A stretch of 30,820 nucleotides of DNA from a virus (IMGVR_UViG_3300043570_001178:1-30820); one strand, 5' to 3'. Positions 15,062 through 26,499 are shown, counted from the first letter of the stretch. The notes: a model not told the origin generated them from the sequence alone. A program made the numbers and translations.

Positions 15062-16933
15062 ATGGCTGCAGGCAAAGGTTCTGAGCACCATAATGTCATA
15101 GCATTGCGTGAGGCCAAGGCTAAGGTTTTAGAGTTTATTAAGCAAGGGCTAGACCTGCAAGATGCCATCGTTAGGGCTGATAGAAAGCCTGATGTCATGA
15201 AGGTCTGGCGCCAAGACGAGCAGTTCATGAAGGCCCTAGATAAGGCCCGAACTGAAGGAGAGAAAACCCTCTCCATCGTCACAGGGGACGCTAAGTTTAA
15301 GATAGGCTTTGAGGAGTTTTCGAAGGAGTTCCTAGGCAGCCCTATCTTTGACCATCACCGTTCTTGGATTGATGTCCTAGAAGGACGTGAGCCAAGTTAC
15401 ATCCATGAGAGCATGGTCTATGAGCCTGCCTCTGGCAAACGGCTCCTAATAAACGTACCCCCCGAGCATGCCAAGTCTACCGTCATCACGGTCAACTACT
15501 GTGTTTATCGCATTGCCATGGACCCCAACATCAAGATTACCATCGTCTCAAAGACTCAAGAGCGCGCCAAAGAATACTTATACTCAATTAAGCAGCGCCT
15601 GTCTCATGAGCGGTGGGCTAAAATGCAATCCGTCTATGGTTCTGTCGGAGGATGGAAAGAGGATGCGGATACTTGGAAGGCTGATAGGATTTACCTTTCT
15701 CGTGATTCTACCGAGAAGGACCCGACTGTGCAAGCACTCGGAGTTGGTGGCCAGATTACTGGCGCCCGTTCCAACCTCATCATCCTGGACGACGTTGTTA
15801 CGACTTCAAACGCGCATGAATGGGAGAAGCAACTTCTCTGGCTCCAACGAGATGTAATTACCCGTCTGGGTGATTCTGGTAAGTTGCTGATTGTGGGCAC
15901 ACGTATTGCCTCAAATGATTTATATCGTGAGATTAGAAACCCTGACCACTGGACTGGTGGCAAGACTCCGTTTACATACATGTCAATGCCAGCAGTATTG
16001 GAGTACAATGACAATCCCGAAAAATGGGTTACCCTTTGGCCAAAGTCTAATATCCCATGGGAGGGTTCAGATGAGGACTTACTACCCGATGAAGACGGTC
16101 TTTATCCTAAATGGAATGGGCCAGCACTGTTTCGTAGACGTTCAGAGGTCTCTCCTTCTGCTTGGGCACTTGTTTATCAACAGCAAGACGTCCAAGAAGA
16201 CTCAATCTTTCCCCCTGCATGTGTCCAAGGTTCAGTCAATAGGATGCGCAAGCGAGGGATTCTAAAGCCTGGAACTCCTGGTCACCCCAGTGAGCAAGGT
16301 CAGTGGTACACCATCATGGGCTTAGACCCCGCGATGGCTGGTAATACCGCTGCTGTTATTATGACGGTTGACCGTCAGACTAGAAAACGCTACGTGCTTG
16401 ATGTAGAGAATATGCAAGAGCCAACTCCTCAAAAGATTCAAAGATTGATTGAGGACTGGGTTGGCAAGTACCATCCTCAAGAACTACGTATTGAAACTAA
16501 CGCTCATCAGAAGGCTTATGCTTTAGATGAAGTATTGCGTACCTTCCTTGCTTCGGCTGGTGTGAGGTTCTCAAGCCAGTTTACTGGTAGGAACAAATGG
16601 GATACTGGTTTCGGTGTGGCTGCTATGTCAGGCCTGTTTGGGACTATGCGTACCAATGTACATCAAGATGATAACTTAATTGAACTTCCATCGCAAGATG
16701 GTTCAGAGGGTGTCAAGGCTTTAATCCAACAATTAATTACTTGGAAGCCAGATACTAAGGGTAAGACTGACTGCGTTATGGCATTGTGGTTCTGTGAACT
16801 GCGTGCACGTGAGGTAATCAGTACAACACGTATGGGGCAAAGTCACATACCAAACAAGTGGGCAACACCCAAACAACAAGGTAATCGTTACATGATAAAT
16901 CTAAACGATTACGAATTTGCTCAATACGAATAG
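15062..16933 (+). CDS. terL: Terminase large subunit with N-terminal extension
   Basis: AGGAGGAG SD before ATG 15062. Walker A VPPEHAKST, ITGAR, Walker B LIILDD, IVGTR, nuclease GLDPA and terminal DCVMA. Confidence 0.92.
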   Translation: MAAGKGSEHHNVIALREAKAKVLEFIKQGLDLQDAIVRADRKPDVMKVWRQDEQFMKALDKARTEGEKTLSIVTGDAKFKIGFEEFSKEFLGSPIFDHHRSWIDVLEGREPSYIHESMVYEPASGKRLLINVPPEHAKSTVITVNYCVYRIAMDPNIKITIVSKTQERAKEYLYSIKQRLSHERWAKMQSVYGSVGGWKEDADTWKADRIYLSRDSTEKDPTVQALGVGGQITGARSNLIILDDVVTTSNAHEWEKQLLWLQRDVITRLGDSGKLLIVGTRIASNDLYREIRNPDHWTGGKTPFTYMSMPAVLEYNDNPEKWVTLWPKSNIPWEGSDEDLLPDEDGLYPKWNGPALFRRRSEVSPSAWALVYQQQDVQEDSIFPPACVQGSVNRMRKRGILKPGTPGHPSEQGQWYTIMGLDPAMAGNTAAVIMTVDRQTRKRYVLDVENMQEPTPQKIQRLIEDWVGKYHPQELRIETNAHQKAYALDEVLRTFLASAGVRFSSQFTGRNKWDTGFGVAAMSGLFGTMRTNVHQDDNLIELPSQDGSEGVKALIQQLITWKPDTKGKTDCVMALWFCELRAREVISTTRMGQSHIPNKWATPKQQGNRYMINLNDYEFAQYE

Positions 16934-16940
16934 GATAACA

Positions 16941-18683
16941 ATGGTAGACATTAAACTCATCGCACGCCGCGTGGAGTCTATGAAGCATCGTGCTTATGAG
17001 CGCGATACCCAAATGGCTAACGTACTTGCTGTGCGCCAGGGAAAGATGGTCGAGATATTTCCTGACATGTTCCCTGAGGGAATGTCTCATGCCATGGTTG
17101 CTAACTTTATCGATGTCGCAGCACGCGACTTGGCAGAAGTTCTAGCACCGTTACCTTCTATCAATTGCTCTACTACAAATGTAACCTCAGATAATGCTCG
17201 TGAGTTTGCTGATAAGCGCAGCATGATTGCAAACAACTATGTCTATACATCTCGTTTGCAGACTCAGATGTACCCAGGTTCTGACCAGTACTTCTCCTAT
17301 GGTTTCTTGCCTATCCATGTTGAGGCAGATTGGGACTCTAACCTTCCTCGTATCCGCGTAGAAGACCCAACTGGTGTCTACTATGAGCGTGACCGTTTTG
17401 GCCGCCTAGTTGCATACGCTAAGCGTTACAACAAGACAATGATTGAACTTGTCAATGAGTTCCCTGAGTTTGACCGTGCAATCCTAGGTCAGTTTGGCTA
17501 TGACCAGAACTTGAACCAAGAGATTGAAATCATCCGCTATATGGATAAAGATTCAATCGTCTTGTATGTTCCTTCACGTAAAGATTTAGTTCTTAGTACC
17601 GCTAAAAATCCTATGGGTAAGATGACCGTAGTTGTTGCAGAGCGTCCATCTATTGATGGAAAGCCTCGCGGACAGTTTGATGATGTAATCTTCGTACAAC
17701 TTGCTCGTGCTCGTTTTGCTAACCTTGCCATGGAAGCGGCTGAAAAGTCTATCCAGGCTCCACTTGTAGTACCTGATGACGTTCTGGATATGCCTATGGG
17801 CCCAGATGCAATCATCCGTACTACAAATCCTAATGGTGTTGGGCGTGTCCGTTTGGATATTCCCGCTGCTACTTTCCAGGAGCAATCAGCACTCCAATCA
17901 GAATTAAGACTTGGTGCTCGATATCCTGAGGGTAGAACTGGAAACATTGACGCTAGTGTTATCACTGGCCAAGGTGTCCAGGCATTACTTGGTGCTTTCG
18001 ACTCTCAGATTAAGGCTGGTCAAACAGTCCTTGCTGAGGTGTTGGAAGATGTCATCAAGTTATGTTTCGAAATGGATGAAATCCTTTTCAATGAAAAGAA
18101 GACAGTTAGAGGAACCGCGCAAGGAACACCGTACGAGTTAAAGTACATGCCAGGCAAGGACATTAAGGGCGATACTTCGGTAGAAGTCCGATATGGCTTG
18201 ATGGCTGGATTAGACCCTTCACGCGCTCTAATTTTCTCTCTCCAAGCATTAGGTGCTGATTTAGTGTCTAAGGACTTCATTCGTCGCGAGTTACCATGGA
18301 GCGTTAACGTTACTATGGAAGAACAGCGTATTGAAATCGAAAAGATGCGCGAGAATCTTACTGCATCTATTACTGCAAGTGCGCAAGCAATCCCAGCGAT
18401 GGTAGCACAGGGTCAAGACCCAACTAAGTTAATCCAGAATATTGCCGACGTTATTGAACGTCGTCGTAAAGGGGAGAGCATAGAGTCTGCTGCGTTGGCA
18501 GTGTTTAAGGTGGAAACACCTGAACAGCCTCCACAGTCGGAGATGGCTCCGCCAGGTTCACAAGGCCCAGTTGAGCAAGCGCCCCCGTCCCCAGCGGCTC
18601 CTGGACAACCTTCTGGCGGGGCCCCTCAACAACAGGGACCACCACCAGATTTGCAAACAATGCTAGCAGGCTTAGGGGGATAA
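16941..18683 (+). CDS. Portal (head-tail connector) protein
   Basis: About 580 aa, immediately after the terminase. Pro/Gln-rich C-terminal tail as in podovirus portals. AGGA SD before ATG 16941. Confidence 0.8.
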   Translation: MVDIKLIARRVESMKHRAYERDTQMANVLAVRQGKMVEIFPDMFPEGMSHAMVANFIDVAARDLAEVLAPLPSINCSTTNVTSDNAREFADKRSMIANNYVYTSRLQTQMYPGSDQYFSYGFLPIHVEADWDSNLPRIRVEDPTGVYYERDRFGRLVAYAKRYNKTMIELVNEFPEFDRAILGQFGYDQNLNQEIEIIRYMDKDSIVLYVPSRKDLVLSTAKNPMGKMTVVVAERPSIDGKPRGQFDDVIFVQLARARFANLAMEAAEKSIQAPLVVPDDVLDMPMGPDAIIRTTNPNGVGRVRLDIPAATFQEQSALQSELRLGARYPEGRTGNIDASVITGQGVQALLGAFDSQIKAGQTVLAEVLEDVIKLCFEMDEILFNEKKTVRGTAQGTPYELKYMPGKDIKGDTSVEVRYGLMAGLDPSRALIFSLQALGADLVSKDFIRRELPWSVNVTMEEQRIEIEKMRENLTASITASAQAIPAMVAQGQDPTKLIQNIADVIERRRKGESIESAALAVFKVETPEQPPQSEMAPPGSQGPVEQAPPSPAAPGQPSGGAPQQQGPPPDLQTMLAGLGG

Positions 18684-18684
18684 A

Positions 18685-18903
18685 ATGGCTACAAGGAAGA
18701 AGCGAGCAGTTGATGAAGACTACTCAAAACTAGACCAGTATGCCATTGAGTTACACGAATTTTATAAATCTTTGCGCAAAGCAGGGTTTACAGTTGATAA
18801 TGCATTATGGATTTTATCTGCAAAAGAGATGCGTCCTGAATGGATGGTATCGGCACCAACACTAGATGATATTAGAAAACACATGGATGAGGATGAAGAC
18901 TAA
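18685..18903 (+). CDS. Hypothetical protein
   Basis: Coupled ORF in the late operon. Confidence 0.7.
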   Translation: MATRKKRAVDEDYSKLDQYAIELHEFYKSLRKAGFTVDNALWILSAKEMRPEWMVSAPTLDDIRKHMDEDED

Positions 18904-19343
18904 TGGCTATTAATGAAAAAGTCTCAGGTGTAGGTGCAAACTCATCTCGTACTGATAATAATGTTTCTGAGCGCGTAGCAAAGATTCAACGCGAAGCAAA
19001 GATTCAGAATTCAACTGGTGGCGCATACACTAATCGTCAAGATTTAACTTCCCTTGCTGGTGGGGCATCTACTGATGTTCCTAGCGTAAATATGAATACA
19101 GGTACTCCTGTATCTCAAATTCCTTCTGGCAATGTCTTTACACCTGGTTCAGGACGCGATGGTGTTCCTCTTTCAGATGGTGCACAGTTTGGTCCTGGTC
19201 GTGGTATAGAAGCACAAGCACCTACTGCTGAAATGTTAAATCCAGATTCTATGTTTATTCGCGCCATGGCTCAGGCTAATCCTGAATCACGCCAACTGTT
19301 CATGATGGTTGAAGCACTTAACGAAATGGAATTAATGGATTAA
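18903..19343 (+). CDS. Hypothetical virion-associated protein
   Basis: TAATG coupling on both sides. Gly/Pro-rich (G...GPGRG). Confidence 0.65.
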   Translation: MAINEKVSGVGANSSRTDNNVSERVAKIQREAKIQNSTGGAYTNRQDLTSLAGGASTDVPSVNMNTGTPVSQIPSGNVFTPGSGRDGVPLSDGAQFGPGRGIEAQAPTAEMLNPDSMFIRAMAQANPESRQLFMMVEALNEMELMD

Positions 19344-22300
19344 TGGCTAATCCTAAAGTATTAACTCCTGCACAGCGTTTGATGGAAGTCCAAGTGGCTT
19401 CCTTAACGCCTGAATCGTTCTCAAACCTTACTTCTATTACTAACAAGTACCCTGGAATAAGTAACGACGTTGCTATTGCAATGGTCCGTCAAGGTTTGAA
19501 TGCTGATACTCCTGGTTTGGGTAAGATTGCAACTATTGACGGTATTGCTGCACTTAAAAACGAGAAATTTAAAGTCGACAAACTTAAGAGTAGCGTAAAG
19601 CCTGACCGTGGTGTCTTAGGTGCTATGGAAAAAACTTTTAGAGAAGCAGTCTACAATCCATTTAAGGGTACAATTCGTACCACTTTTGCAGGACTACGCT
19701 TGCCATACGATATTGCAACAGTAGGAATTCGTAACTTAACTGCTGGCGAAGATGCAATTACAGATATGGGTAACGCATTTCAAGCAACAACCTTTGGTTC
19801 ACTACTTGCTAGTGGTGGCAAAGGTACAGGTTCTGGTTTCTTTATCTCACCTGAAACCAAGGTAGGCAAAGCACAGGCTAGAGCAATGGGTAAGTATGGC
19901 CAGATTAATGGCGAGTCATTTACCATTGGGCGTAGCATTTTTAACGGTATTGGCATGAACCCTAATAGCAATGCCTATCATATTTCATCTGGAATTGTAG
20001 ACGCAGTTCTAAACGTTGCAGCAGACCCATCAACTTGGTTTGGTCCTGGCGCTGTAGGAAAACTATTAACTCAAGGCAAGACTGTCACTGCACTTACCAA
20101 GGAATTATCCGATGCCACTAAGAGTGGCTTTGATAACATGGCCAAAGAAGCAATTGACGAACTTGAAAATACTAACCAGATTATTAGAGATAAACTTAAC
20201 AAGAAGATTTCAAGTCCTTACAAGCGATATTCTTCTAAGTACAAGAAGTTAGAGCAAGAAATTATTGCTACTGAGACTGCAATTACCAATGCTCAAATTG
20301 GGACATTTAAAAAACTTCTTAATACTAATAAAGATATCTATGCCTGGGAAGGTGTAGACAAAGCAGCAGAAGCAACCCTGTCTAATAATGCTATTGCTAA
20401 ATGGTTTGTTGAAAATCCTAAGGTTCAGACTGGTGAATTGACTAAAGCAATCTCACTTCTTGCTGCAGATATGAAGAACACTGGTGGATTCTTTGAAGGT
20501 CTTATCCTTATGGACGAAGTTCCACAGATAGGTAAGATTTCTGTAGGTGTTCATGCTGCTGGAAACGTAGCAGATGAGTTTGCTATTACACTTAAGACAG
20601 GAAAAGAACTTAAACTGCTCGATATTGCAGATAACTTTATAAGTGCTAACCAAAAAACGCGTACTGCTGAGTCATTAAACCGCAGTAAGTTTGCTGACTC
20701 AATAGATAAGATGGCTAAGGGTAGACCCGAAGCAGAATTTCGTGTTCTAACAGAGTTATCTACTGAATTAAGAAATGATATGGCAAACCTTGATGGTTTC
20801 CTTGGTTCTATCTTTACAACTGGTGATGAATTAACCGCAGCAACACCTTTTTCTACTTTGCTACAACGAATTGCAGAGTACAAAAACCCTAAGTTGTCAT
20901 CAGAACTAATTGATTTGGCTGCAAAGGTTTGGAAAGTTGATGGATTCTCAAACATCCGTTCAATTTATGGACAAGTTGGTGGCGTAGTAGTCACTAATAC
21001 TAAGCGTCTTGCTGCAAAGGGTGCCGAATTTGGCAATGCTGCAGCAGAAGTACTTGACCCAACTAACCTAGGTCCTAATCTTATTAAGGTTATAGACTCA
21101 ATCAAGGCTCCTCAGGTTGAATTGGTTCGTTTGCAAAATGAAGTTGATACTTTACTAGGCAAGCAGATAGATTTAAAGGATAAAGAAGACTGGTTTAAGT
21201 TACTTCGCGATAAGGCACAAGAAGACCCAGAAATCCTTAAAGAACTTATTCAAGACCCAGCAAATGCAGGCATCAAGGGACTTCTTAAGATGGAACTGCA
21301 GATTACTGAAAACAATGTTTACAGAGAATCAATCATGGCTCAAATGGGCATCACAGATAACTTCATGGGTGAGGTTCGTGATACTCCTGGGGCAGAAGAG
21401 GCACTCAAGTTTATCCTTGGACGTCAATTCCAACCTATTGCTGAGTTGATTGCTAAAGAGACAGATACTGTCCGTCTTAAGCGACTATTCAATCGCAAAT
21501 TAGATGACAATATGGTTAAAGAACTTACTGTTGCTAGCAATGCTGATGAAGTATTCACTGTTTTCTTAAATCAATTTGCACCAGGACAGGACCCAGTTAA
21601 GGTAAAGGAAGCACTATCTATTGGTGCTAAGATTGCTACTAACCCTGTTGCTCGTATGGTCCCTGCAGTCAATATGGATGCAATCCGCTATGCAGAGAAC
21701 ATTAACAAAGCATTTGGACGTTTCTACATTCGTACAACAGCGCTTAACCTCAATGACTTAACTGGACTCAACAATGGTGTTGAGGACTGGATGAGTTCTG
21801 TAGGCATCAAGCGCATTGTTGGAAAGAATGTACAAGAAAAGATTATTGCTGAGACGCAACGCGCTATATTCAAGGCTGCAACAAATGCTGAGCGTGCTAA
21901 GGCAGTTGCTAGTGGTATTGGTAAGTTAATGGATGAGGTAGGTTCTACACTTAGCCTACCTAAAGACAAGATTGATGAACTTAAGAAGACTGCATCAATT
22001 GCTGGTAGCGAAGAAGCATTTATTAAAGATTATGCATTAAAGACTTCTATTAGCAACGCTGGAACTGGTATTGTTAATGCTGGTGGCAAGAGTATCCAGT
22101 TAGATAAGGGTATCCGTGAAGGACAGTTAGTTCACGATGTTATTACCCTTCCAGACTCACGTGCAATTAATAAAGCAGTGGTTGCACACAAGACTAACGT
22201 TCCTCTATATGGAGCAGCAAAGTCTACAAAGATTTTCCTTGAAGAAACAAATGATATCTGGCGTACGGCGCAGTTAGTTGGCCGTGCATCATACGTATTC

Positions 22301-25129
22301 CGTAACATTGCTGAAATGCAAATGCGTCAGTTCTTCTCAGGACATTACAGTTTATTTAATAACCCAATTGGTTTCATCTCTATGATGATTGCCAATCCAG
22401 AAGGCAACGCATTACAGAAGTCTCTTGTAAAGCGTTCTAAGTATGGTGTCAACGCACTCAATGAGTCTTTCAAGACAGTAGATGCAGAAGTAGAACTATC
22501 TAGGTCTGTTATTGCTCGCCGTGCACTTATGCGTGGTAGTTCTTTAGGCGATTATGGCAAGGCCGGCCGTGGTGCTAACAAGCAGAAAGCCTACATGACT
22601 GTAGGCGTTGACCATCCTGAGTTCTTTAACGGATTAGCATGGACTGTTAATAACTTCTCAGCAGATAAGTTCATGCCTGATGTTATCTCTGTTATGCGAA
22701 AGAACACACCTGAGGCTAAAGATGCCTATGTTGATAACCTAATCAATACATTTGATGAGCCAGGAAATAAACTTAAAGAATTCGTATCAGCAATCTATGA
22801 TGACAATGACGGAATGCGTGAGTTACTTCTTAAGAATCCAGGACTAGAAACAGGTCCAGGTGCAGTTAAGGATAACATTAGCCGTGAGAATCTTCTTATC
22901 TGGCTATTTGATGAGACTCAACCTAACAGTTACGCTGGTCAACTTAACCTTCTAGGTGGACAAGGTTCCCAAAAGAACCTAATCATGGACTTGATTCTCA
23001 ACGGAGAAGCACTTACAACTACCGCTGCTGGTAAAGCAGTAAAGATTAAGACTCCATACCGTCAAACAGGACTAACAAGTGAGCAAGTTATTGCTGCTGA
23101 AAAGGCTTATGTAAAGCAAGTTGAAAGTATATTCCAGCGTGAACAACTAACTGGTTCTGTAGTAACTAACGTTACTGAGACATCAACAGGTCCAGAGTTT
23201 ATGAAGCAAGCAAACAAGTTTACTGACTGGTTCTTTAATCTTGCAGCCCGTGCTGAAAGCAACGCTAACCTTGGTCCTGAGTTTGATGCTGCTTACTGGG
23301 ACTACATTGCAGGCTATGCAGATATGTTAGATACAGCAGAACTAACCAAGTTGCGCAATACAGCCAATAAGGTCTTTGCTCCTAATAGAACTGCTTCTGG
23401 CAAGATTATTGGTCGAGTTCCACCAGGGCTTCGTGTTATTAACAAGACTCTTAAAGAACGTTTGAAGAATCTTAACTATGTCCACAAAGGTGGAGCAAGC
23501 CTTAAGACTCTTGATGGTATTGCTGCAGACCAGGCTTCTGAGTATGTCAAGGGTCTATTCTACGATGCTGCAAAGCAGAAACAGTGGGCTAACGCTGCTC
23601 GTATTGTAGCCCCCTTTGCACAAGCACACTATAACACTCTTGCTAAATGGGGAGAACTTACTTGGTCTAACCCAGTTCCTATCTACAAGTTTGGTAAAGC
23701 ATTTGATTCGCTTACTAAACAAGGTTCAAATATTATCTATGAAACAACTGGCATGACATATGATGATAACAAGGGATTCATCTACAAGGATGATAACACT
23801 AATCAATTAAACTTTAAGATGCCTTTGGTTGGAAACTTCCTTGGTGCACTTGCTGGTGGAAGTATCAATGCTAAAGATGCAGTCCAAGTTACTTCTCCTG
23901 TAGAATCTCTCAACTTAGCATTTGGTTCTGTTAACCCAGTTGTTCCTGGTTTTGGACCTGCAATGGTTGCTGCCTATCAAGTATCTGGAAGAACATCTGC
24001 TTTCGGTCCAATAGATGACATTGTTAGAGACATTCTAACTCCGTTTGGTGAGCCTAAGACTCCTGGAGACCTAGTGCTTCCTGCATGGTTGAAAAAAGGA
24101 TTTGCTGCTTTCCAAGGTAATGATGCAACCACACTACGCAACGTTAAAGACTTTGCTGCCTACCTAGCCTCAACAGGTGAATATGGTGGAGACCAAGCAT
24201 TAGTTAATGACGCACAGCGTACAAGATTATTTAATGATGCTACAAGAATGGCTAAAGCCTTTGGTGCTTGGAATGCTCTATTCACAAGCATCTCACCTTC
24301 TGTTCCAATGACAGAGGTTCTTGCAAGTGTTAAAAACCCTGAAAACAAGCAGAACTTTATGACGATGACTATGCTTTATGACAACCTACAGAAGTTAAAA
24401 GATAGATATCCATCAGACCAAGGTGTTGCAATCTCTAAGTTTGCTGAGCAATTTGGCGCTAACAACCTTCTTGTGGCAGTTAGCGGAACAACACCAGGAA
24501 CTTCTGGTAAAGCAGATGCTTGGACTTTCTTGAATAACAACCCAGGTGCATCTGATAAGTATGGACGACCTAACGAAGATGTGATTCCTTTCTTCTTCCC
24601 AGGTGGAGAATACTCTCAGAAGTACTACAATTGGCAGGTTAAAAGTGGTGCTCGTCGTAAGTTATCTACTGCTGAAATCATGCAAGAATCAGAAAACATG
24701 GTTTATGCGATGCTTAAGAGTCAGATTACTGAGCGACAGATTGCTGGATTCTACACAGGAGACTGGGCTGTCGAACAAGTTGCCTTACTAAACAAGCAGT
24801 TTGGTGGCGCTAAGCCAGTAGATAGCCTTGTAACAGGAATATCTGATGCTCGTGTAGCAACCATTGAGAAGGCTTTGCAAGACCCAGCATTTGAAGCATC
24901 ACCAGTCTACAAGCAACTCTCTGAGTTCTACCCATTGTTTAGCAAGTATAAAGATTTATTAAACCAACTTAAGGTTAGCAACTATGCTGAACTTTCATCT
25001 AAGGGTGGAATTCCAACATTGATGCGCGATGAACTTACCTCACTAGGAGAAAAGTTAATGACAGAAAACCCCGACTTTATCCCTATGTATTACGGGGTAT
25101 TTGCTGGAATACTAAAGGAGAGTAAGTAA
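19343..25129 (+). CDS. Very large (1928 aa) probable internal virion/ejection protein
   Basis: Size, mostly helical composition and position in the morphogenesis operon. No catalytic motif recognised. Confidence 0.65.
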   Translation: MANPKVLTPAQRLMEVQVASLTPESFSNLTSITNKYPGISNDVAIAMVRQGLNADTPGLGKIATIDGIAALKNEKFKVDKLKSSVKPDRGVLGAMEKTFREAVYNPFKGTIRTTFAGLRLPYDIATVGIRNLTAGEDAITDMGNAFQATTFGSLLASGGKGTGSGFFISPETKVGKAQARAMGKYGQINGESFTIGRSIFNGIGMNPNSNAYHISSGIVDAVLNVAADPSTWFGPGAVGKLLTQGKTVTALTKELSDATKSGFDNMAKEAIDELENTNQIIRDKLNKKISSPYKRYSSKYKKLEQEIIATETAITNAQIGTFKKLLNTNKDIYAWEGVDKAAEATLSNNAIAKWFVENPKVQTGELTKAISLLAADMKNTGGFFEGLILMDEVPQIGKISVGVHAAGNVADEFAITLKTGKELKLLDIADNFISANQKTRTAESLNRSKFADSIDKMAKGRPEAEFRVLTELSTELRNDMANLDGFLGSIFTTGDELTAATPFSTLLQRIAEYKNPKLSSELIDLAAKVWKVDGFSNIRSIYGQVGGVVVTNTKRLAAKGAEFGNAAAEVLDPTNLGPNLIKVIDSIKAPQVELVRLQNEVDTLLGKQIDLKDKEDWFKLLRDKAQEDPEILKELIQDPANAGIKGLLKMELQITENNVYRESIMAQMGITDNFMGEVRDTPGAEEALKFILGRQFQPIAELIAKETDTVRLKRLFNRKLDDNMVKELTVASNADEVFTVFLNQFAPGQDPVKVKEALSIGAKIATNPVARMVPAVNMDAIRYAENINKAFGRFYIRTTALNLNDLTGLNNGVEDWMSSVGIKRIVGKNVQEKIIAETQRAIFKAATNAERAKAVASGIGKLMDEVGSTLSLPKDKIDELKKTASIAGSEEAFIKDYALKTSISNAGTGIVNAGGKSIQLDKGIREGQLVHDVITLPDSRAINKAVVAHKTNVPLYGAAKSTKIFLEETNDIWRTAQLVGRASYVFRNIAEMQMRQFFSGHYSLFNNPIGFISMMIANPEGNALQKSLVKRSKYGVNALNESFKTVDAEVELSRSVIARRALMRGSSLGDYGKAGRGANKQKAYMTVGVDHPEFFNGLAWTVNNFSADKFMPDVISVMRKNTPEAKDAYVDNLINTFDEPGNKLKEFVSAIYDDNDGMRELLLKNPGLETGPGAVKDNISRENLLIWLFDETQPNSYAGQLNLLGGQGSQKNLIMDLILNGEALTTTAAGKAVKIKTPYRQTGLTSEQVIAAEKAYVKQVESIFQREQLTGSVVTNVTETSTGPEFMKQANKFTDWFFNLAARAESNANLGPEFDAAYWDYIAGYADMLDTAELTKLRNTANKVFAPNRTASGKIIGRVPPGLRVINKTLKERLKNLNYVHKGGASLKTLDGIAADQASEYVKGLFYDAAKQKQWANAARIVAPFAQAHYNTLAKWGELTWSNPVPIYKFGKAFDSLTKQGSNIIYETTGMTYDDNKGFIYKDDNTNQLNFKMPLVGNFLGALAGGSINAKDAVQVTSPVESLNLAFGSVNPVVPGFGPAMVAAYQVSGRTSAFGPIDDIVRDILTPFGEPKTPGDLVLPAWLKKGFAAFQGNDATTLRNVKDFAAYLASTGEYGGDQALVNDAQRTRLFNDATRMAKAFGAWNALFTSISPSVPMTEVLASVKNPENKQNFMTMTMLYDNLQKLKDRYPSDQGVAISKFAEQFGANNLLVAVSGTTPGTSGKADAWTFLNNNPGASDKYGRPNEDVIPFFFPGGEYSQKYYNWQVKSGARRKLSTAEIMQESENMVYAMLKSQITERQIAGFYTGDWAVEQVALLNKQFGGAKPVDSLVTGISDARVATIEKALQDPAFEASPVYKQLSEFYPLFSKYKDLLNQLKVSNYAELSSKGGIPTLMRDELTSLGEKLMTENPDFIPMYYGVFAGILKESK

Positions 25130-26499
25130 TGGCTGGTCCAGTTTACAAAACCGCAGACGCTGCTCGTGCTGCCAACGCTGCTCGTATTGCCAATGCTGTC
25201 CGTCCTACAGCCTTTGCTCAAATGTCAAATGTTCAAGGTACTGGAAATCTTAACTCAGCATTTATTTACACTGCAAATGACCCGTTCTACCAGTTTGCAT
25301 ATGCTGAGGGAACTGCCAAGGCACAGGCTGCGCAACGATTAAACCAGGCTCTTAATAAAACTCCGTCCTCTCAACCTGGATTTAAGAATCAGTTTGAGTA
25401 CATGCAGAACTTGCTTCGTGTATCAGGTATTAGTAAGTCAGCAGTAACTGATAGCAACGCATTGAGTAACATTATCATTGCTGGTGCTGCAGTCAACCAA
25501 GACCCATTTACATTCCTTGAGAGTTACATTTCAAACAAGCCTAAAGGTGCTGGTATTGCTCAGCCCGATACTACTACTCAGTACACTAAGCAGATTCAGA
25601 CTGCTCTACAGTTTAAAGACCTTGGTGATGCTCGTCAGTACTACAGTGATTCTTACTTTGCTACATGGGGTTCATACCCCAGCGCAGACCTAGATAAGAA
25701 GTTTCAAGATGCTTGGAATAATGAAGTTAAAGACCAGGACCAACCATCAACTACTACAACTAAAACTGAAAAGGCTCCTATCTACGATAAGAAGAGCAAG
25801 CCAGTTATTGATAAAACAACGGGTAAGCAGCAGATTGATAGATTTGGTAATCCACAATATTCTTTAGTTGCCAAGGACAAGAATGGTCAGTACCGCTATA
25901 CAACAGTTGTAACTGGAACTACAACAGCAAAGGGTGAAGGATTCACTAATGAAGAACAAGGCCAGTTCCTTGCTGACTTCTTAGTTAATAACAATCCTGA
26001 TGCTGCTTGGAATGTCGATAATCTTGGTGGCGCTGCTAAGACTCTTTATGATGGAATTGCAGCATTTCACAGGTCTAACTATTCAAAGGTTCCAGACCTA
26101 GTAACACTACAGCCACTTATCAAGAATGTTCTTTCTAGTGCAGATGCAAACGCTGCTAATGAGTACCTAACTCAGTATAAGAATAGTGCTCGCAAGCAAA
26201 CTGCTTCTAAGTATATGAGTCTTGCTGAGTATATTAACGCTGGTGAAGATGCTGACAAGTATGTCAAGCCAATGCTAGAGGGTCTATCTTCTATGCTTGA
26301 AAAAAACTTCACAATAGATGACCCATTTGCTGTGCAAGTATTTAACTTCAAAGATGATAAGGGTGTCTATCGTATGCCTAACGCGCTTGAACTAAATCAG
26401 ATGGTTATGAACCATGCTGATTACGGCAAGACAGCAGCAGCAGTTAACCAGGCTGTAGATATGACTCAAAGCATCAAGAGCAAGTTAGGACGTTCATAA
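25129..26499 (+). CDS. Probable internal virion/ejection protein (456 aa)
   Basis: TAATG-coupled to both neighbours in the late operon. Confidence 0.55.
   Translation: MAGPVYKTADAARAANAARIANAVRPTAFAQMSNVQGTGNLNSAFIYTANDPFYQFAYAEGTAKAQAAQRLNQALNKTPSSQPGFKNQFEYMQNLLRVSGISKSAVTDSNALSNIIIAGAAVNQDPFTFLESYISNKPKGAGIAQPDTTTQYTKQIQTALQFKDLGDARQYYSDSYFATWGSYPSADLDKKFQDAWNNEVKDQDQPSTTTTKTEKAPIYDKKSKPVIDKTTGKQQIDRFGNPQYSLVAKDKNGQYRYTTVVTGTTTAKGEGFTNEEQGQFLADFLVNNNPDAAWNVDNLGGAAKTLYDGIAAFHRSNYSKVPDLVTLQPLIKNVLSSADANAANEYLTQYKNSARKQTASKYMSLAEYINAGEDADKYVKPMLEGLSSMLEKNFTIDDPFAVQVFNFKDDKGVYRMPNALELNQMVMNHADYGKTAAAVNQAVDMTQSIKSKLGRS

Noticed and set aside
19343-25129. Tape measure protein or confirmed virion RNA polymerase
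   Set aside because: No periodic Trp/Phe repeats or tail-assembly-chaperone context, and no polymerase catalytic motif recognised.
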